A DNA stretch of 44,379 bases from sequence record ON548431.1; one strand, given 5' to 3'. The notes beneath the pieces are model-generated. The model was not told the DNA's origin and did no database searches. It worked only from the letters and a program-made list of their open reading frames with translations. This stretch comes from Escherichia phage PEC9. This document shows positions 16,514-26,670 of this stretch, one piece after another. Position 1 is the first letter of the stretch, and every line of letters begins with the position of its first letter. The position numbers were made by a program, and so were the translations under genes.

Positions 16514-19159
16514 ATGGCAGATCAGGCAGCGGGCATCACGCTCAAGGCGGACGTCGCGCAAATTAAAACGGCTAATACTGTGCTGGACACATTTGCGCAG
16601 AAATCCGAGAACACAGAACAGAAAGTAAAGAAATTAAACGACACCCTCGGCAAGTCGAAAAAGGTTACTGGCGACGCCGCTGGCGGAATGGAGAAGTTAG
16701 CGACTGAATCGCAGCGTGCCGCCGATGGCATGACGAAACAGGAGCGACTCGCCAGCCGATTAGGCATGTCTACCAAAAACCTGGGATTCGCATCGCGGAA
16801 CGCCGCATTCCAGTTGCAGGATATTGCGGTAACGCTTGAGATGGGTATGCCGGTCCACCGCGTTATGCTTCAGCAGCTACCGCAGCTTACTGGGGCGTTT
16901 GGCGGACTTGGAAACACACTGCGATATGTTGCGGGCTTTCTCGGCCCAGTAGGGATCGGCCTTTCGGCATTAACGGCGACGTTAGGCGTAGGGGTGGCAA
17001 TTACGACCCGCGCAGAGAACCAGGTGGCGGCGCTTAATAAGACGCTGGCGCTATCCGGTAATATTTCAGGCCTCACAGCTAACCAGATCCTTGTGCTGTC
17101 CGAGAACGCCGAGCGCATGGGCGGGTCATTCCGCAAGACGCGTGACACAATCCAGGCGCTGGCGGCGGCGGGTGTGAAAGCGGGTGGTGACTTCGGCGCA
17201 TTGGCTAAGGTAGTTAATGACTTTGCGAAGGTGTCCAGCCAGCCGATCGAGGATGTGGTAGCGGCGGTGGCGAAGCTGTCAACCGACCCCGTTGGCGGAC
17301 TGCGTGCGCTGGCGGATAAGTATCACGTCGTAAACGAAGCGCAGATCCAGCAGGTACAGTCGCTCGTTGATACGGGTCGTGAGACAGACGCAGTTGCGTT
17401 GGCTAACAAAACAGCCGCGGCGTCGTTCACCAGCATGACCAATGAGATCAAGGCGAACATGGGTACGCTTGAGCGGTCGATGAACGTCGTTACATCGGCA
17501 GCTAAGTCTATGTGGGATGCCATCCTGGATGTGGGCCGCGCGCAGTCCTCCAATGAGTCCGAGATGAAAGCGCGCGAATCACTACAGCGCATGACCACGG
17601 CTTACTATGCCGAGATGAAAGCGGTAAACGCTGCCGGTGGAGTGATGACCGAAGCTCAGAAAGCGCGTATTAACATGCTTTATAGCGAACTGGTCGCCCA
17701 GGAGAAAGTAGTGGCGTCGCTCACCCTTCGTAACCGTGCGGAGCGAGACAACGCCCGCGCCGCAGACGAATCCGCAAAGGCGAACGAGGAGGCTAACCGC
17801 ACCGCCCGCGACCGCGCTGCGTTCGAGAAGGAGTACGCAACTAACGCGAAGAAGCGCGCAGACGAGATAGCCCGCCTCAATTTGCTGAATAAGCGCGGCG
17901 TTATTGACGAGAAAGAGCTTGCTGAGGCGGTTAAGCAGGTAAACGAGCGTTACAAAGACCCGGCCCCGAAGAAGGCCGCGGCTGTTCGCGTGGATGCCGG
18001 TATGAAAATGCTGGAAGTCGCACGGAGCGAACTGGCCCAGCTTCGAGAATCAGGCAAACAGATCGAAGCCAACGCATCGACGCAGACCCGCACGCAACGC
18101 GCTCAAGCGGCCCTAAACAAGCTGATCGCCGACAATGAGCAGTTAATCGCTGCGAGCAAAGAAAGAGCGCTAACGGCAGCCGAAAAGCAGCAGATGGTGG
18201 AATTTGGACGCGTGAAGGAAGTGCGCGAGCAGATCGTCGAAGAAGCCAAATTGCTGGACGCGAAAGAGAAGCAGGTTAAGGCGCACGCGCAGATCGATGC
18301 CTTCGTTAAGAACCAGAACGCCGAACTAAAAGCCACCGCGGCGGGCTATGCGCTTTCCACTCGCGAAGCGGCAAACCTGCGCGAAGAATTGCAGCTAATC
18401 GACCGTCTGAAGAGGGTTGGCGCTAACGATACCGATATAGACAAGGCGGTGTCTAAGCTGCGGGAAGTGCAGGAGGCGCAGACCGGCGCTAACGCCTCGC
18501 TATGGGATGGATTCAGTCGCGGGCTTAAGGATAGCGTGGATGAGATGGGTAACGGATATACGCAGATGACGTCACTCACAAAATTCACGTTCAGCGCTAT
18601 GCAGGACACGATGAACGAGTTTTTCGAGACGGGCAAGATTAACGCGAAGGATATGGTCAAATCCATCCTGAGCGAGTTAATCAAGCTGGCTACCTCGCAG
18701 GCGTTCAAGTCGATTGTTAGCGCTTTCGGTGGTGACGGCGGCAAAAACGGATTGTTCGGCGCTATCTTCTCGGGCCTCACTAAGAATGCGGACGGCGGAG
18801 CGTACGCAGGAGGCAATCTGGCGGCCTATTCGGGGAAAGTGGTAAGCCAGCCTACCTTTTTCAGTTATGGCGTCCAGGCGTTCGCTAAGGGCGCAGGATT
18901 GATGGGTGAGGCCGGTCCCGAGGCCATCATGCCTCTGAAGCGCGGGCCGGACGGGAAACTGGGCGTTGCCGCTTCGGGTGCTGGCGGCGGTGGTATGGTC
19001 GTGACGACTAACGTTTACACGGGGACTGGTAAAACGGATACCAGTGTCAGCGGGCCGGACCCCCGTACCGCGCAGGCGTTCGGCAAGCAAATCACCGAGG
19101 CGGTGAAGGCTGAGATCGTGAAAGCGACGAAACCGGGTGGTGTACTTTACAAACGATGA
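16514..19159 (+). CDS. Tail tape measure protein
   Basis: 881 aa, Ala/Gln-rich with long predicted helices, Gly-rich C-terminus; located between chaperone and tail-tip genes. Confidence 0.8.
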   Translation: MADQAAGITLKADVAQIKTANTVLDTFAQKSENTEQKVKKLNDTLGKSKKVTGDAAGGMEKLATESQRAADGMTKQERLASRLGMSTKNLGFASRNAAFQLQDIAVTLEMGMPVHRVMLQQLPQLTGAFGGLGNTLRYVAGFLGPVGIGLSALTATLGVGVAITTRAENQVAALNKTLALSGNISGLTANQILVLSENAERMGGSFRKTRDTIQALAAAGVKAGGDFGALAKVVNDFAKVSSQPIEDVVAAVAKLSTDPVGGLRALADKYHVVNEAQIQQVQSLVDTGRETDAVALANKTAAASFTSMTNEIKANMGTLERSMNVVTSAAKSMWDAILDVGRAQSSNESEMKARESLQRMTTAYYAEMKAVNAAGGVMTEAQKARINMLYSELVAQEKVVASLTLRNRAERDNARAADESAKANEEANRTARDRAAFEKEYATNAKKRADEIARLNLLNKRGVIDEKELAEAVKQVNERYKDPAPKKAAAVRVDAGMKMLEVARSELAQLRESGKQIEANASTQTRTQRAQAALNKLIADNEQLIAASKERALTAAEKQQMVEFGRVKEVREQIVEEAKLLDAKEKQVKAHAQIDAFVKNQNAELKATAAGYALSTREAANLREELQLIDRLKRVGANDTDIDKAVSKLREVQEAQTGANASLWDGFSRGLKDSVDEMGNGYTQMTSLTKFTFSAMQDTMNEFFETGKINAKDMVKSILSELIKLATSQAFKSIVSAFGGDGGKNGLFGAIFSGLTKNADGGAYAGGNLAAYSGKVVSQPTFFSYGVQAFAKGAGLMGEAGPEAIMPLKRGPDGKLGVAASGAGGGGMVVTTNVYTGTGKTDTSVSGPDPRTAQAFGKQITEAVKAEIVKATKPGGVLYKR

Positions 19160-19165
19160 TAAAAT

Positions 19166-19195
19166 GGCCCTCACATCCATCGTGGGGGCTTTTTT
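19166..19195 (+). terminator. Hairpin plus T-tract after tape-measure gene
   Basis: GCCCTCAC-N7-GTGGGGGC stem (one G-T pair) followed by TTTTTT; next ATG at 19196. Confidence 0.4.
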
Positions 19196-19795
19196 ATGTC
19201 ACAAGGTACGATCACATTAACTAAGGGTAGTAAGACCGTTACAGGCGCGGGGACGGCGTTCCTTAGCGAGATCGGGAAGGTACTCGTATTCGCCCGCATC
19301 GACGGCAACGACTACACCGGCAAAATTGCGGCGTTCAACTCGAACACGGTCATTACACTGAAAGATAACTGGGCCGGTCCAACGAAATCCGGTGCGGTAT
19401 ATGAGCTAATCGAAGCACACGACCCCCGATCAAACGAATGGCCCTATTACTGGCACATGCAATTGCAGGGCGGCGGCGACGTGCAGTTAGCTTTCCGGTC
19501 GGAGGAATTGCAATTCGGTAACGGTTACGGTCAGAACATCGCGGACGGCCCGAACGCCGAAACGAAACAGTTCCCCGTGCAATTCATAGGACTGACTACC
19601 GACAAGTGGTGTAACCCTAAGCTGGTTTACAACTTCCTTCGCGGGCACTTTGTAAAACCGTTCATCGTCACCGCGCCGGATGGCGAGACAGGTTTATTCG
19701 TGGTCGAGCGTTCGAGCTTGTCGTACACTGACAACGGGCACTACACGGCAACGGTATCCGCCACCCTTAAAACAGCTATTGGATTCGTAAGATGA
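19196..19795 (+). CDS. Minor tail protein (lambda M-like / distal tail protein position)
   Basis: 199 aa; first gene after tape measure; start abuts terminator T-tract. Confidence 0.5.
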   Translation: MSQGTITLTKGSKTVTGAGTAFLSEIGKVLVFARIDGNDYTGKIAAFNSNTVITLKDNWAGPTKSGAVYELIEAHDPRSNEWPYYWHMQLQGGGDVQLAFRSEELQFGNGYGQNIADGPNAETKQFPVQFIGLTTDKWCNPKLVYNFLRGHFVKPFIVTAPDGETGLFVVERSSLSYTDNGHYTATVSATLKTAIGFVR

Positions 19796-20580
19796 ATAAA
19801 CTCTATCGTGAAGCGACGCGCTTTGACCCATCGGGCCGCGTTCGCCTGATTCACATTGACGCGCAGGACGTGGAACCCGGCGACGGCGCGATCGGCGCGG
19901 GGCACCACTATTTTCACTACTGCTTTATTCCGCACACTGCCGAGGATATTGCTGCCGCTGGGGGTGACGAGGATAAGCTAAAACCTAAATCAATCTTCTT
20001 CGGCGGGCAGGAGTTCGAATTCTGGCCCTTCGATCTGTCGGGCCTTAACTTCTCCACATCAACGGCAGCAGAACCGCAGCTGACCATTGTCGATATTGGC
20101 GGAATTATCACCCGGCTGTCGCTGAATCACGACCAGCTACTGGGCGCGAAGGTTGAGATCATTGATACGTTCGCGAAGTTCCTGGACAACGGGACAGATC
20201 CAGACCCGACGCAGAAACGAGTTCAGGAGTATTACATCGACTCGCAGGTCGGGCGCAATCCGGGCAAGCAAATCACCTTCGCACTATCCTCACCTGCGGA
20301 TATGGAAGGGCAGGTCGTACCACGTCGCCAAATCATGAATATGTGCGAATGGGCGCTCAACGGGAAGTACGCCAGCGGGGACGGGTGCACCTGGAACCTT
20401 GCGAAGCCTGGTATCAAGTATTACGACGAGCGAGGTAATGAAGTCATCGCGATGAACATGGACCGATGCGGCGGCTGTTTGTCCGACTGTTATCTTCGAT
20501 TCGGGCAAGGGCTTGCGGACCCTAAAGCGGCGGTGCTGGACTTCGGCGGCTTTCCGGGGTCCAGATTAATTAAGGGGTAG
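19792..20580 (+). CDS. Minor tail protein (lambda L-like)
   Basis: 262 aa; C-terminal Cys cluster (CEWA...C...CGGC...C) compatible with the Fe-S site of L-type proteins; order M-L-K-I-J. Confidence 0.6.
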   Translation: MNKLYREATRFDPSGRVRLIHIDAQDVEPGDGAIGAGHHYFHYCFIPHTAEDIAAAGGDEDKLKPKSIFFGGQEFEFWPFDLSGLNFSTSTAAEPQLTIVDIGGIITRLSLNHDQLLGAKVEIIDTFAKFLDNGTDPDPTQKRVQEYYIDSQVGRNPGKQITFALSSPADMEGQVVPRRQIMNMCEWALNGKYASGDGCTWNLAKPGIKYYDERGNEVIAMNMDRCGGCLSDCYLRFGQGLADPKAAVLDFGGFPGSRLIKG

Positions 20581-20582
20581 TT

Positions 20583-21323
20583 ATGTTAACGAAGAAGGTT
20601 AAAAGCGATATCGCCGCACACGTCGCGGCCTGTCTGCCGGAAGAAGCCTGTGGCCTGGTTGTCATGGTGGGTCGTAAGCAAGTGTTCGTCCCATGTCTGA
20701 ACGTATTCGAAGACCCGACCGGCGTGCGCTCACGCAAAGACGCTTTTACGATTAGTGATATGGCCTGGATGGATGCCGAGGATATGGGCGACGTCGTGCG
20801 CGTAGTCCACTCGCATCCAGGCCAGAGAGAGCTTACCCCCTCACTGGGCGACGTTAACGGATGCAACGGCAGCGGCGTAGTCTGGACCATCACTAACGAA
20901 TATGGCGATTTTATCGAGATCGACCCTGAAGACCCTCCGCTGGTGGGGCGTCGATTTGTTCTCGGAATTACGGATTGTTACGGCCTCGTCATGGACTGGC
21001 ACAAAAAGCAGGGCGTAAACCTGCCAGACTTCCGCGTGCCGTATAACTGGTGGGAGACAGGCGAAAATCTGTATATGGATAATTGGTACGGTGCTGGCTT
21101 CAGGGAATGCGAGGAGAATACGCCGGGGGCAATGGTCATCATGCAGATTAGCGCGCCAGTGCCTAACCACGCTGGGATATTCCTTCCGGGCAACCAACTA
21201 CTACACCATATCTACGGCAGTCTGTCGAGCGTAGTCCCCTTCCGGGCAGGATTTTTCCGCGACAATGTGGTTAAATGGGTCCGTCATAAAGACCTACCGG
21301 GGAATATCACAGAATGGCAATGA
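20583..21323 (+). CDS. Tail assembly protein (lambda K-like; JAMM/MPN plus NlpC/P60-like)
   Basis: 246 aa; HSHP motif (VVRVVHSHPGQ) and downstream Cys/His (ITDCYG, WH); order in tail-tip block. Confidence 0.65.
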   Translation: MLTKKVKSDIAAHVAACLPEEACGLVVMVGRKQVFVPCLNVFEDPTGVRSRKDAFTISDMAWMDAEDMGDVVRVVHSHPGQRELTPSLGDVNGCNGSGVVWTITNEYGDFIEIDPEDPPLVGRRFVLGITDCYGLVMDWHKKQGVNLPDFRVPYNWWETGENLYMDNWYGAGFRECEENTPGAMVIMQISAPVPNHAGIFLPGNQLLHHIYGSLSSVVPFRAGFFRDNVVKWVRHKDLPGNITEWQ

Positions 21324-21931
21324 CAACGTTTAAATTGTACGGCGTCTTGGGGCGTCGTTTTGGTAGAGTGCATAAGCTGGACTGCTTCACACCGGGCGAA
21401 GGCATCACCGGCTTGTGTGTGAAGTTGCCAGGGTTACAAGACTTTTTAATGTCCGCCCACCTGGACAACATGATGTTCAAGGTGCGCAAAGGCAACCACA
21501 CAATGACCGGTTATGATGAGCTTGGCGAGTTCCACGGCAACCGCGTCGTTACCATCGCGCCGGTTATGACTGGCGCAAAAAGAGGATTGGGCCAATTGCT
21601 GGCGGGTGTTGCGATCGTAGTGGCGTCGTTCTATACGGGCGGACTTGCTACTGCCGCTTTCGGGGCTTCGGCTGCAACCGCTGCCGCTATTGGTACAGCG
21701 ACGTTTTCGTTCGGCATGTCGATGGCGCTGGGTGGCGTTATGCAATTGCTGTCGCCTCAACCGAAAGGATTGCAGACACGGCAGGACGTGGATAACAAGG
21801 CTTCGTATGCGTTCGGTGGCCCGGTAAACACGACCGCGCAAGGTACGGCGCTTGGTGTATTATGGGGCGAGCGTGAGATCGGCGGCGCTATTATTTCAGC
21901 AGGAATCGTAACCGAGGATTTGAACGAATGA
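21314..21931 (+). CDS. Tail assembly protein (lambda I-like)
   Basis: 205 aa; hydrophobic Gly/Ala-rich C-terminal half; between K-like and J-like genes. Confidence 0.55.
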   Translation: MAMTTFKLYGVLGRRFGRVHKLDCFTPGEGITGLCVKLPGLQDFLMSAHLDNMMFKVRKGNHTMTGYDELGEFHGNRVVTIAPVMTGAKRGLGQLLAGVAIVVASFYTGGLATAAFGASAATAAAIGTATFSFGMSMALGGVMQLLSPQPKGLQTRQDVDNKASYAFGGPVNTTAQGTALGVLWGEREIGGAIISAGIVTEDLNE

Positions 21932-24900
21932 CGATTATTTACGACGTCACGGGCCATAAAGGCGGCGGTGGCAAACAGCACACCCCACAGGAGACACCCG
22001 ATAGCCTGCATTCTCTGGCTAAAATCCGCATCTTGCTTGCGCTGGGAGAAGGTGAGTTCGAAGGTATTCCAGACCCTAACGAATTACGGCGGCGCGTATA
22101 TCTGGAAGGAACACCGATCCAGAATGCAGACCTGTCTGAAAACTTCCCTGGGGCGCGTGTGGAGTTCCGCCCCGGAACACAGCACCAGGATGTGATCCAC
22201 GGATTTTCAGCGGTGGAAAGTGAGCAATCTGTCGGCGTAAAACTGGAAAACGGCACGCCGTGGGTGCGCCAGGTTAACGACACCAGTCTGGACGCCGTTC
22301 GCATTCGCATCGGCATTCCGGCCCTGTACACTAACGAAGATAACGGCGACCTGGTGGGCGGGCGCATCGACTATAAGATCGTTGTATATACGGATAACGC
22401 CGACCCGCGTGAGTTCAGATTCGCCGCCGTTGGTAAAACAATGTCGCTATATGAGCGCGACCACCGCATCGAATTACCGCCGAACGTGAATGCCGGCTGG
22501 CGAGTGGAGGTGCACCGCATAACGGCAGACTCCACATCGGCGAAAGTTGTTAATGATATCCGGGTGCAATCCATCACTGAGATTATCGACGCCCGCCTGC
22601 GTTACCCGCTAACCGCGCTGTTGTTTGTGGAGTTCGACGCTAAAGCGTTCCAGAACATCCCGCGCGTGTCCATTAAGTGCAAAGGTCGCAAAGTTCTAAT
22701 ACCGAACAACTACGACCCGATCAATCATACCTATTCCGGTGACTGGGACGGCACGTTTAAACGCGCATGGACGGATAACCCTGCGTGGCACTGGTACGAT
22801 ATTTGTATTACTGAGCGCTTCGGCCTCGGTCGGCGTATCAAACCGCAAATGCTAAACCGATACGCGCTCTACCAGATTGCGCAGCGCTGCGATCAGTTGG
22901 TCAGCGACGGCAACGGTGGTCGAGAAATCCGCTTTAAGAATGATATGTACATTCAGTCACAGACGGATGCCTGGACCGTGCTTAAGGATTTAGCCGCCAT
23001 CTTCGCCGGAATGACCTGGTGGGGCAACCAGATGTTGAATATCGTCAGTGACCAACCGGTCGCAGCAGTGTCGCACACTATCACCAACGCCTCGGTAATT
23101 GATGGTCGATTCGACTACGCATCTGGCAGCCAGAAAACTCGCTATTCCACATTTGCGGTCGCATACGGCAACCCGAAGAACCACTATGAAGATGCCATCG
23201 CCACGGGGCAGCGCGTCGAACTGGTACGCCGCCATAAGATTAACCGTCTTGATATTACGGCGATCGGCTGTACGCGCGAATCTGAAGCGCAACGCCGCGG
23301 GCATTGGGCGCTAATATCCAACCAGCTTGACCAGCAAGTTAGTTTTAAGGTAGGCATGGAAGGGTTATTCTTTATTCCTGGTAGCGTAGTCGCGATCGCG
23401 GATACAAACATTTCTGGCGGATTCGAGACTCGCGGCGGTCGCCTGTTGTCGGACCCCGGAACGCGTACCGTGCTGAACACGGACAGCGAAATCACATTCC
23501 GCCCTGGCGACAAGTTCCTGGTGCGCACCGATAGCGGTAACGTGGAGACTCGCGAGATCGCCAGCGTCAACGGCAACAAGGTCACGCTAAAAACCGCACT
23601 GGATGCCGACCCGATTCCAGACCAACCGTTTTGCGTTGATGGCGATGATATCCAGTTGCAAAAATTCCGCATCACCGATCTGGAGTATGACGACTCTACG
23701 AGCACTTTCTCGGTGCGCGGGATTGAATACAACGATAGCAAGTATGATGCCGTTGATAATGGCGCTCGCCTTGATCCTGGTATCTTCACGCAAGTGCCAG
23801 ACGGTGTAATGAAGGGGCCGGAATCCGTTACCATCACCCCGTCGCAGATCTCATCGCAAGGCCAGCTAATCACCAACGTGGATATTGTTTTCCCGCCGGT
23901 GAAGGATGCCGTTGTTTATGAAATCCAGTGGCGGCGTACAAGCCTGCAGAATATGGCGGTCCAGTGGGGTAACGACTGGGTGAATATCCCACGCACGGCG
24001 TCGAATGGCGCGCACATCCCTAACGTGTTCTCCGGCAACTACCAGGCGCGCGTCCGTGCGATCGGTATGGGCGAGATTTCATCCCCGTGGGTGTCGTCCG
24101 CCATCACGCCGGTCGAAGGTCGCCTCGGTGGGCTTAACGCACCAATCATCACCAACGCGATTTCGGGTCTGCACCAGATTCTATGGAAGTGGAACCACAA
24201 CAACGCCGCTACGGATATCTCATACACCGAGCTTGAAGTGCGCAAGACGGGTGAGACGGAATGGAAATTCCTGTCCAACGTCCCATACCCAGGGTCGGAT
24301 TATGCGCAAACGTCGCTGGAGTTCGGGATTTACCAGCAGTTGCGCGCCCGTGTAGCGGATAAAATCGGCAACCTGTCGGACTGGTCCGCCCCGTTCGAAG
24401 GCCAGGTTAGTGACAAAGTTGACGAGTACATGAAGGGGCTTGAAGACGAGTTCTTGACTTCCGAGGATGGTAAACACTTCCAAGAAGCCATTAATACGAT
24501 TCCGCAAGGCATTTACGAATCAATGCTCACGGACGCCCAGCAGATGTTCAACGCCCGCGCCGAGTACAAAGGGATTTACGCAGAAATCAAGGTCGCATAT
24601 AACGTGGCGGCAGACGCCAACAAGGCTGTCGCGCAACTGGAAACGTTGATCGGCACTCGCCTTGACGATGCGGAAGCGGCAATCCACACGTTGCAGACAG
24701 CGCAAAGCACGCACGAGCAAGCATTCGCCCAGTATCAGCAAACTGTTGCCGCTAAGTTCGGGGAACAGGACGCCGCCATCCAGCAGGTACAAACGGCAAC
24801 GGCAGACGTAGCGGGCGTGCTGGCGGAGTACAAGACCCAGGTGGCGGCACAGTTCGGTAAGCAGTCTGCAGCTATCGAGCAGAAGATGACGTCTTCGTTT

Positions 24901-25374
24901 AATCATGCTGGGGGCAGCGCCACATATAGCCTTAAGGCTGGCGTGACGTATAACGGGGCTTACTACGATGCCGGTATGCAGCTTTCCGTCGTTGCGGAAG
25001 GCGGCGCGGTTAAATCACGCATCGCGTTCAAGGCGGACCAGTTCTACATCATGCACCCGTCGAATGGGTCGCTTTCGTCCGCGTTTATCGTTGACGGCGG
25101 ACAGGTGTACATTGACACGGCGCGCATCAAGAATGCGTCCATCAACTTCGCACAGATCACGGACACGCTGCAATCCAATAACTGGAATCCGGGTAGCAGC
25201 GGCTGGCGTATCGCGAAGGATGGCGGGGCGGAGTTCAACAACGTAACGGTCCGAGGCAACTTGTTCGCGACTACGGGTAATTTCGGATTCTCCGGCGGGT
25301 CCGTTACGATCGACGCAACGGGCGTTAACGTGCCATTACCTGGCGGTGGTAGGGTGAAAGTGGGGACGTGGTAA
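21928..25374 (+). CDS. Central tail fibre / host specificity protein (lambda J-like)
   Basis: 1148 aa; size and position after I-like gene; conserved-looking N-terminal region, divergent C-terminal region. Confidence 0.75.
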   Translation: MTIIYDVTGHKGGGGKQHTPQETPDSLHSLAKIRILLALGEGEFEGIPDPNELRRRVYLEGTPIQNADLSENFPGARVEFRPGTQHQDVIHGFSAVESEQSVGVKLENGTPWVRQVNDTSLDAVRIRIGIPALYTNEDNGDLVGGRIDYKIVVYTDNADPREFRFAAVGKTMSLYERDHRIELPPNVNAGWRVEVHRITADSTSAKVVNDIRVQSITEIIDARLRYPLTALLFVEFDAKAFQNIPRVSIKCKGRKVLIPNNYDPINHTYSGDWDGTFKRAWTDNPAWHWYDICITERFGLGRRIKPQMLNRYALYQIAQRCDQLVSDGNGGREIRFKNDMYIQSQTDAWTVLKDLAAIFAGMTWWGNQMLNIVSDQPVAAVSHTITNASVIDGRFDYASGSQKTRYSTFAVAYGNPKNHYEDAIATGQRVELVRRHKINRLDITAIGCTRESEAQRRGHWALISNQLDQQVSFKVGMEGLFFIPGSVVAIADTNISGGFETRGGRLLSDPGTRTVLNTDSEITFRPGDKFLVRTDSGNVETREIASVNGNKVTLKTALDADPIPDQPFCVDGDDIQLQKFRITDLEYDDSTSTFSVRGIEYNDSKYDAVDNGARLDPGIFTQVPDGVMKGPESVTITPSQISSQGQLITNVDIVFPPVKDAVVYEIQWRRTSLQNMAVQWGNDWVNIPRTASNGAHIPNVFSGNYQARVRAIGMGEISSPWVSSAITPVEGRLGGLNAPIITNAISGLHQILWKWNHNNAATDISYTELEVRKTGETEWKFLSNVPYPGSDYAQTSLEFGIYQQLRARVADKIGNLSDWSAPFEGQVSDKVDEYMKGLEDEFLTSEDGKHFQEAINTIPQGIYESMLTDAQQMFNARAEYKGIYAEIKVAYNVAADANKAVAQLETLIGTRLDDAEAAIHTLQTAQSTHEQAFAQYQQTVAAKFGEQDAAIQQVQTATADVAGVLAEYKTQVAAQFGKQSAAIEQKMTSSFNHAGGSATYSLKAGVTYNGAYYDAGMQLSVVAEGGAVKSRIAFKADQFYIMHPSNGSLSSAFIVDGGQVYIDTARIKNASINFAQITDTLQSNNWNPGSSGWRIAKDGGAEFNNVTVRGNLFATTGNFGFSGGSVTIDATGVNVPLPGGGRVKVGTW

Positions 25375-25378
25375 ATGC

Positions 25379-25401
25379 GAAGGGGCCATCTGGCCCCTTT
25401 C
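25379..25401. terminator. Bidirectional terminator hairpin between convergent genes
   Basis: AGGGGCC-ATCT-GGCCCCT hairpin followed by TTTC; plus gene ends 25374, minus gene ends 25401. Confidence 0.5.
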
Positions 25402-26366
25402 TAATACATGTTAGGGATGACTAGTAACGGTGTGGGTACGGTTACATTACGATTAGGAATCTGGAATTGCTGCCGTGAGTAGTTACCGATCACGCGATTT
25501 CGTGCCGCGCTAACCACGTTTCCCGCCATGCGTATCCCGTTCATTCGCACGTGGTTATATCCGCTGTTGTTCTCAATGAGCGCGCCGGTATATGAAAGCT
25601 GTACTAGGCTGTTGCCGATATTCTGACCGCCAGTGCCGATATTAATTACGGAATTGAGGACGAACGGCTTGTTAACGGTAGAGAACGTGACCTGTCCCTG
25701 GTTGTTAGTCATGGTGATCCCGGCCCCCGGCGTGGGTGGTGTATTGTTGAATATTACCAGGTCCATGTCCACCGAAGCCGCCACATCGTCGATACCACCA
25801 TAGGACGCGTTGCGGACGATAATACTGCCACCATCGAAGCCTACTGATACGTTGCCGTCATCCCAGCGGGCGAACGGGACACCGCTAACTGGCAAGGCCA
25901 TACTCCCGTTGACGCGCACGCGCTTCGCGTATCGGCAGGTCATCAGCTTTGCCACGTTGGATATTGCGGTGAAGTCCGTTGAGTTAGCTACGAGCAGGCC
26001 CGCGTTGCGCGAACCAACCGGCAGCACTTCCATTATGACGCCCGCCCATTGTGGTAAACCAGAGTACGCGCCATACGCATCATCACCGCGCAGGGTGATT
26101 CCGCTATTACCGTTGCGAGTAACAGACGTGACGTAAAACGGATCGGGTATTACCAGGGTCTGGTCGAACACTTCAATCACCTCTACCGGGCGAGTGAGCG
26201 CGACGATGACCTGCGACCCCGCCGTAAGAGGGGTGTTAATGGTTAGCGTCTTGTTGGATTGCGCCCGCTGGTTAAAGCTGGTGCAGTATGACGGCGCGCG
26301 GAGTCCCGCGGTTATCTCCATGACAGGTCTACCGTCGTTGTAGTCTATTAATATTCCAGCGCCCAT
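25401..26366 (-). CDS. Beta-rich tail-associated protein, possible receptor-binding protein
   Basis: 321 aa from ATG 26366 (ORF track starts at GTG 26375); Gly/Asn/Ser/Thr/Val-rich; antisense to flanking tail genes and coupled to upstream lipoprotein gene. Confidence 0.4.
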   Translation of the reverse strand: MGAGILIDYNDGRPVMEITAGLRAPSYCTSFNQRAQSNKTLTINTPLTAGSQVIVALTRPVEVIEVFDQTLVIPDPFYVTSVTRNGNSGITLRGDDAYGAYSGLPQWAGVIMEVLPVGSRNAGLLVANSTDFTAISNVAKLMTCRYAKRVRVNGSMALPVSGVPFARWDDGNVSVGFDGGSIIVRNASYGGIDDVAASVDMDLVIFNNTPPTPGAGITMTNNQGQVTFSTVNKPFVLNSVINIGTGGQNIGNSLVQLSYTGALIENNSGYNHVRMNGIRMAGNVVSAARNRVIGNYSRQQFQIPNRNVTVPTPLLVIPNMY

Positions 26367-26368
26367 TA

Positions 26369-26590
26369 TTACCACTCCCGTGATTTAACTGAAACAGTGC
26401 CGGAAAAATTGCCGTCACTGTCGGCAGACAGACCAGTGAAGCGCATGTCCACATCCCCGGACGGGATTTTTCGCCCGTCAACGTAACGCAACATGCAGCT
26501 GCCGTACGCAACCGTAATGCAATCGCCGTTGTTGCGTTCTACGGCACAACCGGACAAAAGAACCGCACAAATCATAATTAAAGTTTTCAT
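26369..26590 (-). CDS. Small lipoprotein, candidate superinfection-exclusion protein
   Basis: 73 aa from ATG 26590; signal peptide with lipobox LLSGC; two further Cys in mature part. Confidence 0.5.
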   Translation of the reverse strand: MKTLIMICAVLLSGCAVERNNGDCITVAYGSCMLRYVDGRKIPSGDVDMRFTGLSADSDGNFSGTVSVKSREW

Positions 26591-26644
26591 GGTATCATCA
26601 CCTATATTTGGTCGAGTTTTAGTATTACACCGCTCGATCAAGAA

Positions 26645-26654
26645 TGCAACCAAT
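26645..26654. promoter_or_regulatory. Recurrent motif TGCAACCAAT upstream of tail fibre gene
   Basis: Exact 10-mer 17 bp upstream of ATG 26671, in a divergent intergenic region. Confidence 0.45.
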
Positions 26655-26670
26655 TTACGAGGATTTAGCT

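Noticed and set aside
18346-19180. Several minus-strand ORFs within the tape-measure gene
   Set aside because: Antisense to a long well-supported gene; low-complexity translations.
23184-23876. 230-aa minus-strand ORF within the J-like tail fibre gene
   Set aside because: Antisense shadow ORF with Ser/Arg-rich composition.
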